From: Gemmatimonadales bacterium
Lineage (GTDB): Bacteria; Gemmatimonadota; Gemmatimonadetes; Gemmatimonadales; GWC2-71-9
Direction of reading: 5' to 3'
Assembly (NCBI GenBank): GCA_030601605.1
Contig: JAUVTI010000001.1
Location: forward strand, 1 to 52,960
Length of the DNA stretch: 52,960 nt
The translations under genes were made by a program, and so were the position numbers. Of the stretch, positions 8,071 to 16,543 are shown one piece after another (the stretch's first letter is position 1; each line of letters opens with the position of its first letter). The notes beneath the pieces are model-generated. The model was not told the origin of the DNA, did not search any database, and saw nothing but the letters and a program-made list of their open reading frames with translations.

Positions 8071-9516
8071 ATGAGAACAACCACGATCAAGCTGATCCTG
8101 CCCCTTCTGGCTCTGCCCGCCGCGTCCCTGCTGGGGCAGGATGCGGCGATCGACACGCTCGCGCTGCGAGCCCACACTTATTTCCTGTCCCACGACCTGC
8201 TCGAGGGGCGCGCGACGGCCTCACGCGGCGAGCGGCTCGCTTCGGCCTATATCGTGGCACAATGCCGAGCGCTGGGCCTCGGCCCGGTGAACACCGAATT
8301 CATACAGACGGTGCCGCTGGAGGAGGCGTTGGTGCTGGAGACCACCGACCTCGTGGCGGCGGCTCCCGGGGGCGAGATACGGTTCGGCTATCCCGCGGAC
8401 TTCATTCCCAACGTCGGCACGGCGAGCACGTTGGTCGACTTCGGCGGCGCCACGGTGTTCGTGAGCGACAGCAAGACGGTCGCCGGGGGCGGGCTCGGGG
8501 AACTCGATGTGGCGGGCAAGGTGGCCGTGACACTGGGGCCGTTCCGCGGGGCGGCGGCGGACACGCTCACCGCCCGGGGCGCCGCCGGGATGATCCACCT
8601 GGTGGGCGACGAGGGCGCCTACCAGCTCTACGCGCGCAGCCGCGGCGCCACCCGCTTGTACCATCGGGAGGCAGATGTCCGCTCGTCGTTCCTGCCCGAA
8701 CTCCCGTCTGTGCTGGCCGGTCCCCGCATAGCCAGGGCTCTGCTCGAGGGCCGCTCTCCCACCGCATTGCCGTGGACGGTGGCTGTGCACGTTGCACTGG
8801 AGCAGCGACCGGTGGACGCGGCGAACGTAGCGTGTGTACTGCCTGGCGCCGACCCGGCCAGGCGCGACACGGCCATCGTATTCACGGCCCACTACGACCA
8901 CCTCGGGATCGGCACGCCGGACGAGTCAGGGGACTCCCTCTACAACGGGTTCTCGGACAACGCGGCCGGCGTGGCCATGCTCCTGGCAATCGCCCGGTCG
9001 CTGGCCGGTGACCGAAGCGCCCCGCTCGACTACTCCGCCGTGTTTCTCTTCCTGAGCGGCGAGGAGCGGGGCCTGCTGGGCTCCGACTACTACGTCGCGC
9101 ACCCCATGTGGCCGCTCGAGCGCACCGCGGCCGTGGTCAACCTCGATGCCGGCGCTCCGCCCGCACCGCCCACGAGCTGGCACCTCGCCGGGGTCGACAG
9201 CACCGGACTCGGAGCGATCGCCATCGGAATCGCCGCGGAACACGGCTGGGACATCGCCACCTCTTCGGCGCGTCCCAATTCGGACTACTACCCGTTCGCC
9301 CGCGAGGGCGTACCCGCGCTGTTCATCATTCCCGGTCCCGCGCCGTACGAGGGCCTCACCGCGGACAGTTCCAAGGCACTGCGCCGCCGCTGGGACCACT
9401 ACCACCAGCCCGACGACGAGTGGGCGGAGGACTTTCCATTCAGCGGGCTCGCGCGTTATGCGGGGTATGCCCTGCGGATAGCCAGGGAAATCGACGCAGG
9501 CGCGCTCGGTAACTAG
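8071..9516 (+). CDS. M28 family metallopeptidase (aminopeptidase)
   Basis: Signal peptide, then the M28 zinc-ligand blocks FTAHYDHLG, GFSDNAAGVAMLL and LSGEERGLLGSDYY. Confidence 0.85.
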   Translation: MRTTTIKLILPLLALPAASLLGQDAAIDTLALRAHTYFLSHDLLEGRATASRGERLASAYIVAQCRALGLGPVNTEFIQTVPLEEALVLETTDLVAAAPGGEIRFGYPADFIPNVGTASTLVDFGGATVFVSDSKTVAGGGLGELDVAGKVAVTLGPFRGAAADTLTARGAAGMIHLVGDEGAYQLYARSRGATRLYHREADVRSSFLPELPSVLAGPRIARALLEGRSPTALPWTVAVHVALEQRPVDAANVACVLPGADPARRDTAIVFTAHYDHLGIGTPDESGDSLYNGFSDNAAGVAMLLAIARSLAGDRSAPLDYSAVFLFLSGEERGLLGSDYYVAHPMWPLERTAAVVNLDAGAPPAPPTSWHLAGVDSTGLGAIAIGIAAEHGWDIATSSARPNSDYYPFAREGVPALFIIPGPAPYEGLTADSSKALRRRWDHYHQPDDEWAEDFPFSGLARYAGYALRIAREIDAGALGN

Positions 9517-10262
9517 CGCCCGGGACCCGGGTCGGTTACCGAGCCGGCGGGAAGCGCGTAGAGCAGACCGGCGGTGCGCCGGTCGCGCAGAGTCAGGTCG
9601 TGCACTGAAGTGGTCGGATACATCACGTCGCCCGAGACGTCCGAGTGTCCCAGACCCAGCAGGTGACCGATCTCGTGCAGCGCCACCGTGTACACGGCAT
9701 CCTCCGACAACTGCCATCCATTCTGTGAGTGCGTGGCGAGAGTGAGCGTGCCGTCGAGGATCCAGCCACGTCGGTTCCACCTGAGGTCGGCCTGTCCCGT
9801 GCGCCGGTTGGGGAACCGATCGATCCACCGCACCATCACTTCCGCGCCTGCGGAGTCGCGTACGATCTGGAACTGCACCGGAATCCAGCTCCCGCGCTGC
9901 CACCGGGAGAACGCGTTCTCCACGGCCTGTCCCATGGCGACCGTGTAACCCGTAACGCCGCCCTCGGGCAGATAGACAGTGATTGGCCGGTCCACGCGGT
10001 CAGGCCAGCGGCGCAGCAGTGAGTCGCCCTCGGCCAGCATGAGAGGCAGATACGTGTCCGATTCCGCTATCCGGCGCCGCACCGCGGCCCGTGTAGCCCG
10101 CACGCTGTCCCAATCCACCGTCCCCGCCTGGCCCACGATGACCGTTTCTCTGGCCACCTGCCGCTCCGCGGGACGCGAGCCGGCGTCCCCTCCCTGCCGG
10201 ACCAGCAGGTAGGTGGCTGCCACGGCGGCCAACCCCAGAAGAAGGGCTGTGCTGCGACGCAT
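9513..10262 (-). CDS. matrixin-like (M10) zinc metalloprotease, membrane anchored
   Basis: HEIGHLLGLGH is the HExxHxxGxxH motif, followed by VMYP (Met-turn). There is an N-terminal hydrophobic anchor. It overlaps the M28 gene convergently by 4 nt. Confidence 0.8.
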   Translation of the reverse strand: MRRSTALLLGLAAVAATYLLVRQGGDAGSRPAERQVARETVIVGQAGTVDWDSVRATRAAVRRRIAESDTYLPLMLAEGDSLLRRWPDRVDRPITVYLPEGGVTGYTVAMGQAVENAFSRWQRGSWIPVQFQIVRDSAGAEVMVRWIDRFPNRRTGQADLRWNRRGWILDGTLTLATHSQNGWQLSEDAVYTVALHEIGHLLGLGHSDVSGDVMYPTTSVHDLTLRDRRTAGLLYALPAGSVTDPGPGR

Positions 10263-10442
10263 GTTCCTGAATATGCGGGTCTTACGGCCCCTGCCGCCAC
10301 CCGGGTTGTGGCTGGCATCCCGGGGCCGGGTGGTCTATCATTCCCTCTCTCATTCGAGCACCCAATAGGCCGTTTTGTTGGTGATCATACACATTGGCTG
10401 TCCCGCGGGGCGGGGCGAACCGTGCGGCGCGGAGCGAGGGGC

Positions 10443-12785
10443 ATGATCCTGTCCCCGGCCAAGGCCATCGTTCGGTTTCGGCTCCCCATCATTGGCTTCT
10501 GGATCGTGGTGGCCATTCTGGCCCTGCCCAGGGCGGCGACCGTCCATGAGGCGCTCCAGGTAGAGGGACAGACCCTCCAGGACTCCGACTCCCGCACCGC
10601 GGCCGATCTCATACGGCGGGAGTTTCCCGGACCGATCAGCGAGTACTTCGCCGTCACGCTCACGGGACCCGTCCCCATCGACAGCGCATCGTACATGGCG
10701 CTCCTGGATTCGCTCACGCGCGTAGCGCTCGCCGAGCCGTACATCAGCCGTGTCCTGTCGTACCTCTCCACACCCGCCGAAGAAGAGTTCCTCGTAAGCG
10801 AAGATCGCCTGACGACATTCTTCATCGCGGCCGCGACGGGGAACGAGAGCGGCAGCGCTACCGACTGGGTGCCGCCGTTCCGGGCCGCGATCCACGGCAC
10901 GCTCGAACGCATTCAGTGGGCCTCCGCGTTCCAGGTGCACGTCACCGGCGGACCCGCCCTCGACTACGACATCCGAACGGTGAGCAAGGAGGACACCGAG
11001 CGGGGCGAGCGAAAGTCGCTGCCGTTCGCCGCCGCCGTGCTGATCCTGGCCTTTGGAGCGCTGGTAGCGGCATTCCTGCCCCTGGTGGTGGGCCTGTTCG
11101 CCATCGAGTGCGCCCTGGCCCTGGTGCACGTCGCCACCGGATTCTATCCCATGTCGGTGTTCGTGCTCACCATCGTCACCATGTTGGGTCTCGGCGTGGG
11201 CATCGACTACTCCCTGCTCATCGTCACGCGGTTCAGGGAGGAGCTCAATCGGGGGCGCAGCTCCCGGGAAGCGGCCGAGCGCACGATTGCCACGGCCGGT
11301 CGCGCGGTGGTGACCAGCGGGCTCACCGTCCTGCTGGGATTCGCCGGGCTCCTCATCACTCCGATCACCGAAACGCGCTCCATCGCAATCGGCGGCCTCT
11401 TCGTGGTTGCGGCGGCCGTGCTGCTCTCGGTGACCCTGCTTCCAGCATCGCTCTCGATTCTCGGGCGCGGCATCGACCGGCCTCGCTGGCTCGCGAAGCG
11501 GTTGGCGTGGTACCACGCCCCCACAGGGTGGGAGCGTTGGGCACGCTGGCTGGGGCACCATCCGTGGCGCGCACTGCTGATCGGCGGCGTGGCGATTGCG
11601 GCCATCACCTGGCCGCTGGCCAACATCAAGATCGGCCTCCCCCGCTCGGGCTGGTTCCCCGCCAACACCGAATCGACCGACGGCGTCGCGGCGCTCGAGG
11701 GCGTGGGCGCCCGCGGCGCGCTGCAGCCGGTGCGGATGGTCATCCGGGCGCCGGAAGGGGAAAGGATCCTGAGCAGCCGGTACCTGCGCGGGCTCAAGCG
11801 GCTATCGGACACGATCAAGACCGATCCGCGCGTTGCGCAGGTCAGAGGGCCGGTGGACATCGAGCCCGGCATGTCCATCCTCCGCTACACGATGCTGTAC
11901 GGCAACATGGAGGCCGCGCGAGCGCGGGCCCCGGAGTTCTACGCGGCGTATCTGTCGCGGGATAACCGCACCACGCTGATGGACGTCATGATTCAGGACT
12001 CGACTTCGCTCACGAACTCGATGGACGTGGTGCGCGACATCCGCGCCATGATCTCCGAGGGAGTGCGGGGCCTCAACGGCGTCGACATCGTCATCGGCGG
12101 CTTCTTTGCCGGAAGCGTCGATCTACAGGACCGCTTGCTGGAGCAGTTCCCCTCCATCATCGCCTTCATTCTGATCGCCACGGCGCTCATGCTGTTCATC
12201 GCGTTCCAATCGATCCTGGTGCCGATCAAGGCCGTGATAATGAACTGCCTCTCGGTTGCGGGGGCGTTCGGTCTGACGGTGCTCGTATTCCAGCACGGGG
12301 TGGGGGGCTCCATCTTCGGACTGGAGGAGCCGACCGAGGCAGTTTACGTCGTCGTTCCCGTCGTGGTCTTTGCCGTCGTCTTCGGTCTCAGCATGGACTA
12401 CGAGGTCTTCCTGCTGTCGCGCATCAAGGAGGCCTTCGACCGCACCGGCCGCAACGATCAGGCGACGATGGAGGGGCTGACAGCCACGGCGTCGGTGATC
12501 ACCAGCGCCGCCGCCATCATGTTGATCGTGTTCGGGACGTTCGCCTTCTCGCGCGTGCTGCCGGCCAAGATGCTGGGCTTCGGCCTCGCGGCCGCGGTGT
12601 TGCTGGACGCCACCCTGATCCGAATGGTGCTGGTGCCGGCATTCCTGCACATAGCGGGGGACTGGAACTGGTGGCCCGGCGTGCCGCGAAAGCCGAAGGG
12701 CCGCAAGGAGGAGCTCCCTACCGAGACGCCGGTGGAGACCGAGGCCCAGCCAGGCGCAGCGCCCGCTCCAGACGCGCACCCCTGA
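10443..12785 (+). CDS. MMPL family (RND superfamily) transporter
   Basis: Two 6-TM bundles each carry GxGxDYxL(L/F) (GLGVGIDYSLLIV and VFGLSMDYEVFLL) and are separated by large loops. The ATG at 10443 (MILSPAKAIV...) lies just before TM1. Confidence 0.85.
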   Translation: MILSPAKAIVRFRLPIIGFWIVVAILALPRAATVHEALQVEGQTLQDSDSRTAADLIRREFPGPISEYFAVTLTGPVPIDSASYMALLDSLTRVALAEPYISRVLSYLSTPAEEEFLVSEDRLTTFFIAAATGNESGSATDWVPPFRAAIHGTLERIQWASAFQVHVTGGPALDYDIRTVSKEDTERGERKSLPFAAAVLILAFGALVAAFLPLVVGLFAIECALALVHVATGFYPMSVFVLTIVTMLGLGVGIDYSLLIVTRFREELNRGRSSREAAERTIATAGRAVVTSGLTVLLGFAGLLITPITETRSIAIGGLFVVAAAVLLSVTLLPASLSILGRGIDRPRWLAKRLAWYHAPTGWERWARWLGHHPWRALLIGGVAIAAITWPLANIKIGLPRSGWFPANTESTDGVAALEGVGARGALQPVRMVIRAPEGERILSSRYLRGLKRLSDTIKTDPRVAQVRGPVDIEPGMSILRYTMLYGNMEAARARAPEFYAAYLSRDNRTTLMDVMIQDSTSLTNSMDVVRDIRAMISEGVRGLNGVDIVIGGFFAGSVDLQDRLLEQFPSIIAFILIATALMLFIAFQSILVPIKAVIMNCLSVAGAFGLTVLVFQHGVGGSIFGLEEPTEAVYVVVPVVVFAVVFGLSMDYEVFLLSRIKEAFDRTGRNDQATMEGLTATASVITSAAAIMLIVFGTFAFSRVLPAKMLGFGLAAAVLLDATLIRMVLVPAFLHIAGDWNWWPGVPRKPKGRKEELPTETPVETEAQPGAAPAPDAHP

Positions 12786-13002
12786 GATCCCAGTGCCAGG
12801 CCTCCTGGCGCTCGCCGCTGTGCGGGTGCTTCAGGGGCCGGTACTGCAGCCACTCATCTCTCAGCCCCAACGTACGACCGGCCTTCAGCAGGGCCCCACG
12901 GTCGGACGAAACCAGGTGCGCCCACGGTTCGCCCCTGAGCCGGAACCGGTGCAGCCAGAGTCCGCCTTCCAACGCGTGGGTCACACCCTCGCGCCACAGC
13001 AC
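12718..13002 (-). CDS. DUF4031 domain protein
   Basis: The 94-aa ORF has W.HLVSSD...LL.AGRTLGLR.EW.Q...HWDL, resembling DUF4031. Its 3' end overlaps the MMPL 3' end by 68 nt (convergent). Confidence 0.55.
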   Translation of the reverse strand: MLWREGVTHALEGGLWLHRFRLRGEPWAHLVSSDRGALLKAGRTLGLRDEWLQYRPLKHPHSGERQEAWHWDLRGARLERALRLAGPRSPPASR

Positions 13003-13021
13003 GAACTCCCTCCAGGTTCCC

Positions 13022-13411
13022 TCAGTCGCAGGTAAGGAACCCGTCCTCGGTGGCCACTCCGACGGGAGCGGCGGCGCCAGTGAAGAGGTAGCAGCGGACG
13101 GCGGTGCCGACGTGTGAGACCGTCGCCGACCAGCCCATCGGGGTAGCCTCGTTGATCAGCACGGAGACCCCGGGGCTCGTCCCATGGCCCCGTGCCCGCA
13201 GGGTGGCCACGTCCCCTGCGTAGTTCTGGAAGTCGTAGAAGTAGGATTCCTCCGCCACGGCGAAGTTGCGCAGGTCGGACTTCATGGTAGCCACGAAGGC
13301 GCTTCCGCGCACTGTCTGTATACGGGGAATCGCGATCGCGGTGAGCAGCCCCACGATCACGACCACCATCAGCATCTCGATGAGAGTGAATCCGTACCTG
13401 TTCACGGTCAT
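13022..13411 (-). CDS. type IV pilin / pseudopilin-like protein (prepilin N-terminal methylation domain)
   Basis: MTVNRYG|FTLIEMLMVVVIVGLLTAIAIP is a canonical class III signal peptide, and a C-terminal Cys pair is present (RCY...LTCD). The ATG at 13411 overlaps the polA TGA (ATGA). Confidence 0.8.
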   Translation of the reverse strand: MTVNRYGFTLIEMLMVVVIVGLLTAIAIPRIQTVRGSAFVATMKSDLRNFAVAEESYFYDFQNYAGDVATLRARGHGTSPGVSVLINEATPMGWSATVSHVGTAVRCYLFTGAAAPVGVATEDGFLTCD

Positions 13412-16182
13412 GCCTTGGCGTCCAGCCAATTGTCCCCCACACCAATGTCCACGACAAGCGGGACGCTGAGCTCGGCTGCGCCCTCCATCTCGCGCCGCAC
13501 GATCTCACCGGCGAGTTCCACTTCCTGCTCCGGCGCCTCCACGATCAGCTCGTCATGCACCTGGAGCACCATCGTACTGGCGAGTCCCGCCTCCGCCAGC
13601 GCCCTGTCGAGCTGGGTCATTGCCAGCTTGATCAGGTCGGCGGCCGAGCCCTGGAGCGGCGAGTTCATGGCCACCCGCTCCCCAAAGGCCCGCACGCTGT
13701 ATGTCCGGTCCTTCAACTCCGGAATATAGCGCCGCCGGCCAAACAGGGTCTCGACATAACCCTCCGTCTTCGCATGGTCAACACACCCGTCCAGGAAGCC
13801 CCGTACTTCGGCGAAGCGCTCGAAGTAGAGCCGGATGAACTCGCGGGCCTCCTCCTGATCGATGCCCAGCTGGCGGCTCAGCGCGAAGGGGCCCTGTCCG
13901 TAGATGGTCGCGAAGTTGATCGTCTTTGCGCGGGCCCGCATCTCCGACGTGACCCCCTCGATCGGAACGTCGAAGATGATCGCCGCGGTCTCCCGGTGGA
14001 TGTCGCCACCCCGCTGAAAGGCGCTAATGAACGCCGGGTCCTGTGACAGGTGCGCGAGCAGACGCAGCTCTATCTGCGAGTAGTCGGCGACGATGAACTT
14101 CGCGCCCGCGCGCGGCACGAAACAGCGCCGGATCCGCTCGCCGCGCGCCGTCCTTACCGGGATGTTCTGCAGGTTGGGATCGGACGACGACAGCCTGCCC
14201 GTCGCTGCTCCGGTCTGACTGAAGCTCGTGTGGATGCGGCCCGTTTCCGGATTCACCGCCTTCGGCAGCACGTCCACGTACGTGGATCGCAACTTGCTCA
14301 GCTCGCGGTAGTCGAGCAGCAGCCGCGGCAGCTCGAAACCAGTCGCCGCGAGCTCGGCCAGCACGTCAGCGTCCGTCGAGGGCCCAGTCTTGGTCTTCTT
14401 GAGGACCGGCAGCTGGAGCTTCTCGAACAGCACGTGCCTGAGCTGCGGCGTGCTGTTGATATTGAACTCCCCGCCCGCCTCCTCGTGGATCGCCTGCTCC
14501 AGCGCGCCTAGGTCGGCGCGAAACTCATGCGACAGCTTCTCGAGCCCCTCGGTATCCACCGCGATGCCGCGCCACTCCATGTCCGCGAGCACGCGCACCA
14601 GGGGCATCTCGATGTCCGCCAGCAGGGATTCCATCTTCACGGCCACGAGCTGCGGCTCGAAGAACTCGCGCAGCCGCAGTACCGTGTCGCTATCCGCGCA
14701 GCAGTACTCCGCGGCGCGCTGCGGCGCTACCTCCGCGAATGGCCGCTCTGATTTCCCCTTTCCGACCAGGTCCTTGTACGCGGCCAACTCGAGGCCGAGG
14801 TGCTCACGGGCCAACGCGTCGAGTCCGTGCAAGCGCCGTCCCGGGTCCAGCACGAAGCTCGCTAGCATCGAGTCGTAGCTCACCCCGGCGAGCTCCACCC
14901 CGGCACGGCGCAGCACGAGCAAGTCGTACTTGATGTTGTGCCCCGCCTTGGGGACCGCCGCGTCCTGGAGCAGGTCCACCAGCGGCGCGAGCCGCGGGTC
15001 GCCGATCGGGGGGAGGTTCTCGGGTGGCGCCGCGTCGGTCAGCTCTCCGTCCGGAAGCCGGTGCCCGAACGACAGGTACCAGGCGCGTCCATCGCCTACT
15101 GCCAGCGACAGCCCCACGAGGTCCGCGCGCAGCGCATCGAGGTCCGACGTTTCGGTGTCGAGGGCCACGATCGGCGCAGCGCGCGCAGCGCCGAGAATCC
15201 CGGGAAGATCTGCAACGTCGGTGACGAGTTGGTACGTGGTGTCCGCGCAGGGGCCGGCGGCCTCGGCAGGCTCGCTCGCCTTGGGCCGCTCCAGCTTCTG
15301 CAGCAGCGAGTGGAACTCCAGCTCGCTGTAGAGCTGGCTCAGCAGGTCGATGTCCCACTCGGCCCGCCGGAACTCGTCCAGGTCCAGCTCAACAGGCACG
15401 TCGCGCATGATGGTCACGAGGTCGCGGCTCAACCGCGCATTGTCCGCATCGCGGACGAGCGCCTCGCGCGCCCGCTTCCCCTTCACGTCTTCCGCATGCG
15501 CCAGGATCGAGTCCAGGCCGCCGAACTCCTCGATGAGCTTGCGTGCGGTCTTTGCACCCACCCCCTTCACACCGGGGATGTTGTCCGACGCGTCCCCCAC
15601 GAGCGCCAGATAGTCGATGACCCGCTCGGGCGGCACGCCGAGCCGCTCGTGCGCGTTCTCCTGCGTTACCCACTGCTCCTCGACCGCCGAGGGGCCCCGC
15701 CGACCCGGGTTCAGCAGTCCGATGTTGGGGCCGATGAGCTGATAGAAGTCCTTGTCGCCCGACACGATTGCCACTGAGAGTCCGGAGTCGGCTGCGCGTG
15801 CGGCGAGGGTGCCGATCACATCGTCGGCCTCGTACCCCTCGATCTCGACGAGCGGCACGGCCATGGCTTCCAGCAGCTCTTCGATTCGCTCCACCGAGCG
15901 GTCGAAATCCTCCTGCAGCTCGTCGTCCAGCTTCTCTCGGGTGGCCTTATACTCGGGGTAGACCTCATCACGGAAAGAGTTCCCGGCATCGTGCACCCAC
16001 GCCAGGTACTCGGGACGGTGCTCCTCGAACAGGCGGTGCAGGAAGTTCGCCACACCCCACGCCGCCGATGAGTTCTCCCCCCGGCTGGTCCGAAGCGGCC
16101 GGCCGATCATGGCGAAGAACGCGCGGTAGATGATGGCGTAGCCGTCAATCAGGAAGAGCTGGGGCCGGTCTTGCGACGACAT
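13408..16182 (-). CDS. polA: DNA polymerase I
   Basis: The protein has a 5' nuclease N-terminus (LFLIDGYAIIYRAFFAM), a 3'-5' exonuclease domain and polymerase motifs (DYSQIELR, QVHDELI). ATG at 16182 (MSSQDRPQLFLIDG). Confidence 0.95.
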   Translation of the reverse strand: MSSQDRPQLFLIDGYAIIYRAFFAMIGRPLRTSRGENSSAAWGVANFLHRLFEEHRPEYLAWVHDAGNSFRDEVYPEYKATREKLDDELQEDFDRSVERIEELLEAMAVPLVEIEGYEADDVIGTLAARAADSGLSVAIVSGDKDFYQLIGPNIGLLNPGRRGPSAVEEQWVTQENAHERLGVPPERVIDYLALVGDASDNIPGVKGVGAKTARKLIEEFGGLDSILAHAEDVKGKRAREALVRDADNARLSRDLVTIMRDVPVELDLDEFRRAEWDIDLLSQLYSELEFHSLLQKLERPKASEPAEAAGPCADTTYQLVTDVADLPGILGAARAAPIVALDTETSDLDALRADLVGLSLAVGDGRAWYLSFGHRLPDGELTDAAPPENLPPIGDPRLAPLVDLLQDAAVPKAGHNIKYDLLVLRRAGVELAGVSYDSMLASFVLDPGRRLHGLDALAREHLGLELAAYKDLVGKGKSERPFAEVAPQRAAEYCCADSDTVLRLREFFEPQLVAVKMESLLADIEMPLVRVLADMEWRGIAVDTEGLEKLSHEFRADLGALEQAIHEEAGGEFNINSTPQLRHVLFEKLQLPVLKKTKTGPSTDADVLAELAATGFELPRLLLDYRELSKLRSTYVDVLPKAVNPETGRIHTSFSQTGAATGRLSSSDPNLQNIPVRTARGERIRRCFVPRAGAKFIVADYSQIELRLLAHLSQDPAFISAFQRGGDIHRETAAIIFDVPIEGVTSEMRARAKTINFATIYGQGPFALSRQLGIDQEEAREFIRLYFERFAEVRGFLDGCVDHAKTEGYVETLFGRRRYIPELKDRTYSVRAFGERVAMNSPLQGSAADLIKLAMTQLDRALAEAGLASTMVLQVHDELIVEAPEQEVELAGEIVRREMEGAAELSVPLVVDIGVGDNWLDAKA

Positions 16183-16206
16183 GCGCAGAAGATACGCAGA
16201 AAGGAA

Positions 16207-16232
16207 ACGCCCCGCCGGGCGAGGCGGGGCGT
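16207..16232 (-). terminator. intrinsic terminator hairpin downstream of the cold-shock gene
   Basis: ACGCCCCGCC-6 nt-GGCGGGGCGT forms a perfect 10-bp GC stem, followed on the minus strand by TTCCTTTCTG. Confidence 0.6.
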
Positions 16233-16257
16233 GCTCCAAACCGCCGGGGAGGAGGGC

Positions 16258-16461
16258 CTAAACCATGACGACGTTGGCGGCGTACCGACCTCTCTCGCCG
16301 CTCTCGACCTCGAATTCCACTTCCTGACCTTCCCGCAGAGTTCGGAACCCATCCATCTGAATGGCGGAGAAGTGCACGAACACCTCCTTCTCGCCCTCTG
16401 CCTGTTCAATGAACCCGTAACCCTTGGAGTCATTGAACCATTTCACCTTTCCCCGTGCCAT
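16258..16461 (-). CDS. cold-shock protein (CspA family)
   Basis: [15 protein letters not shown] (RNP1) and VFVHFS (RNP2) in a 67-aa protein. Confidence 0.95.
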   Translation of the reverse strand: MARGKVKWFNDSKGYGFIEQAEGEKEVFVHFSAIQMDGFRTLREGQEVEFEVESGERGRYAANVVMV

Positions 16462-16543
16462 GTCGCCTCCCTCCTGTCTGAAACGGGGCCAGCGTGCTAC
16501 CAGGGAAATCTTGCGGCGCCAGCCTCGGGACTGTCAAGCAACG

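Noticed and set aside
16183-16239. Upstream TTG (16239) as the polA start.
   Set aside because: It would place the csp terminator hairpin inside the coding sequence and add 19 non-conserved residues. The ATG at 16182 gives the canonical Pol I N-terminus.
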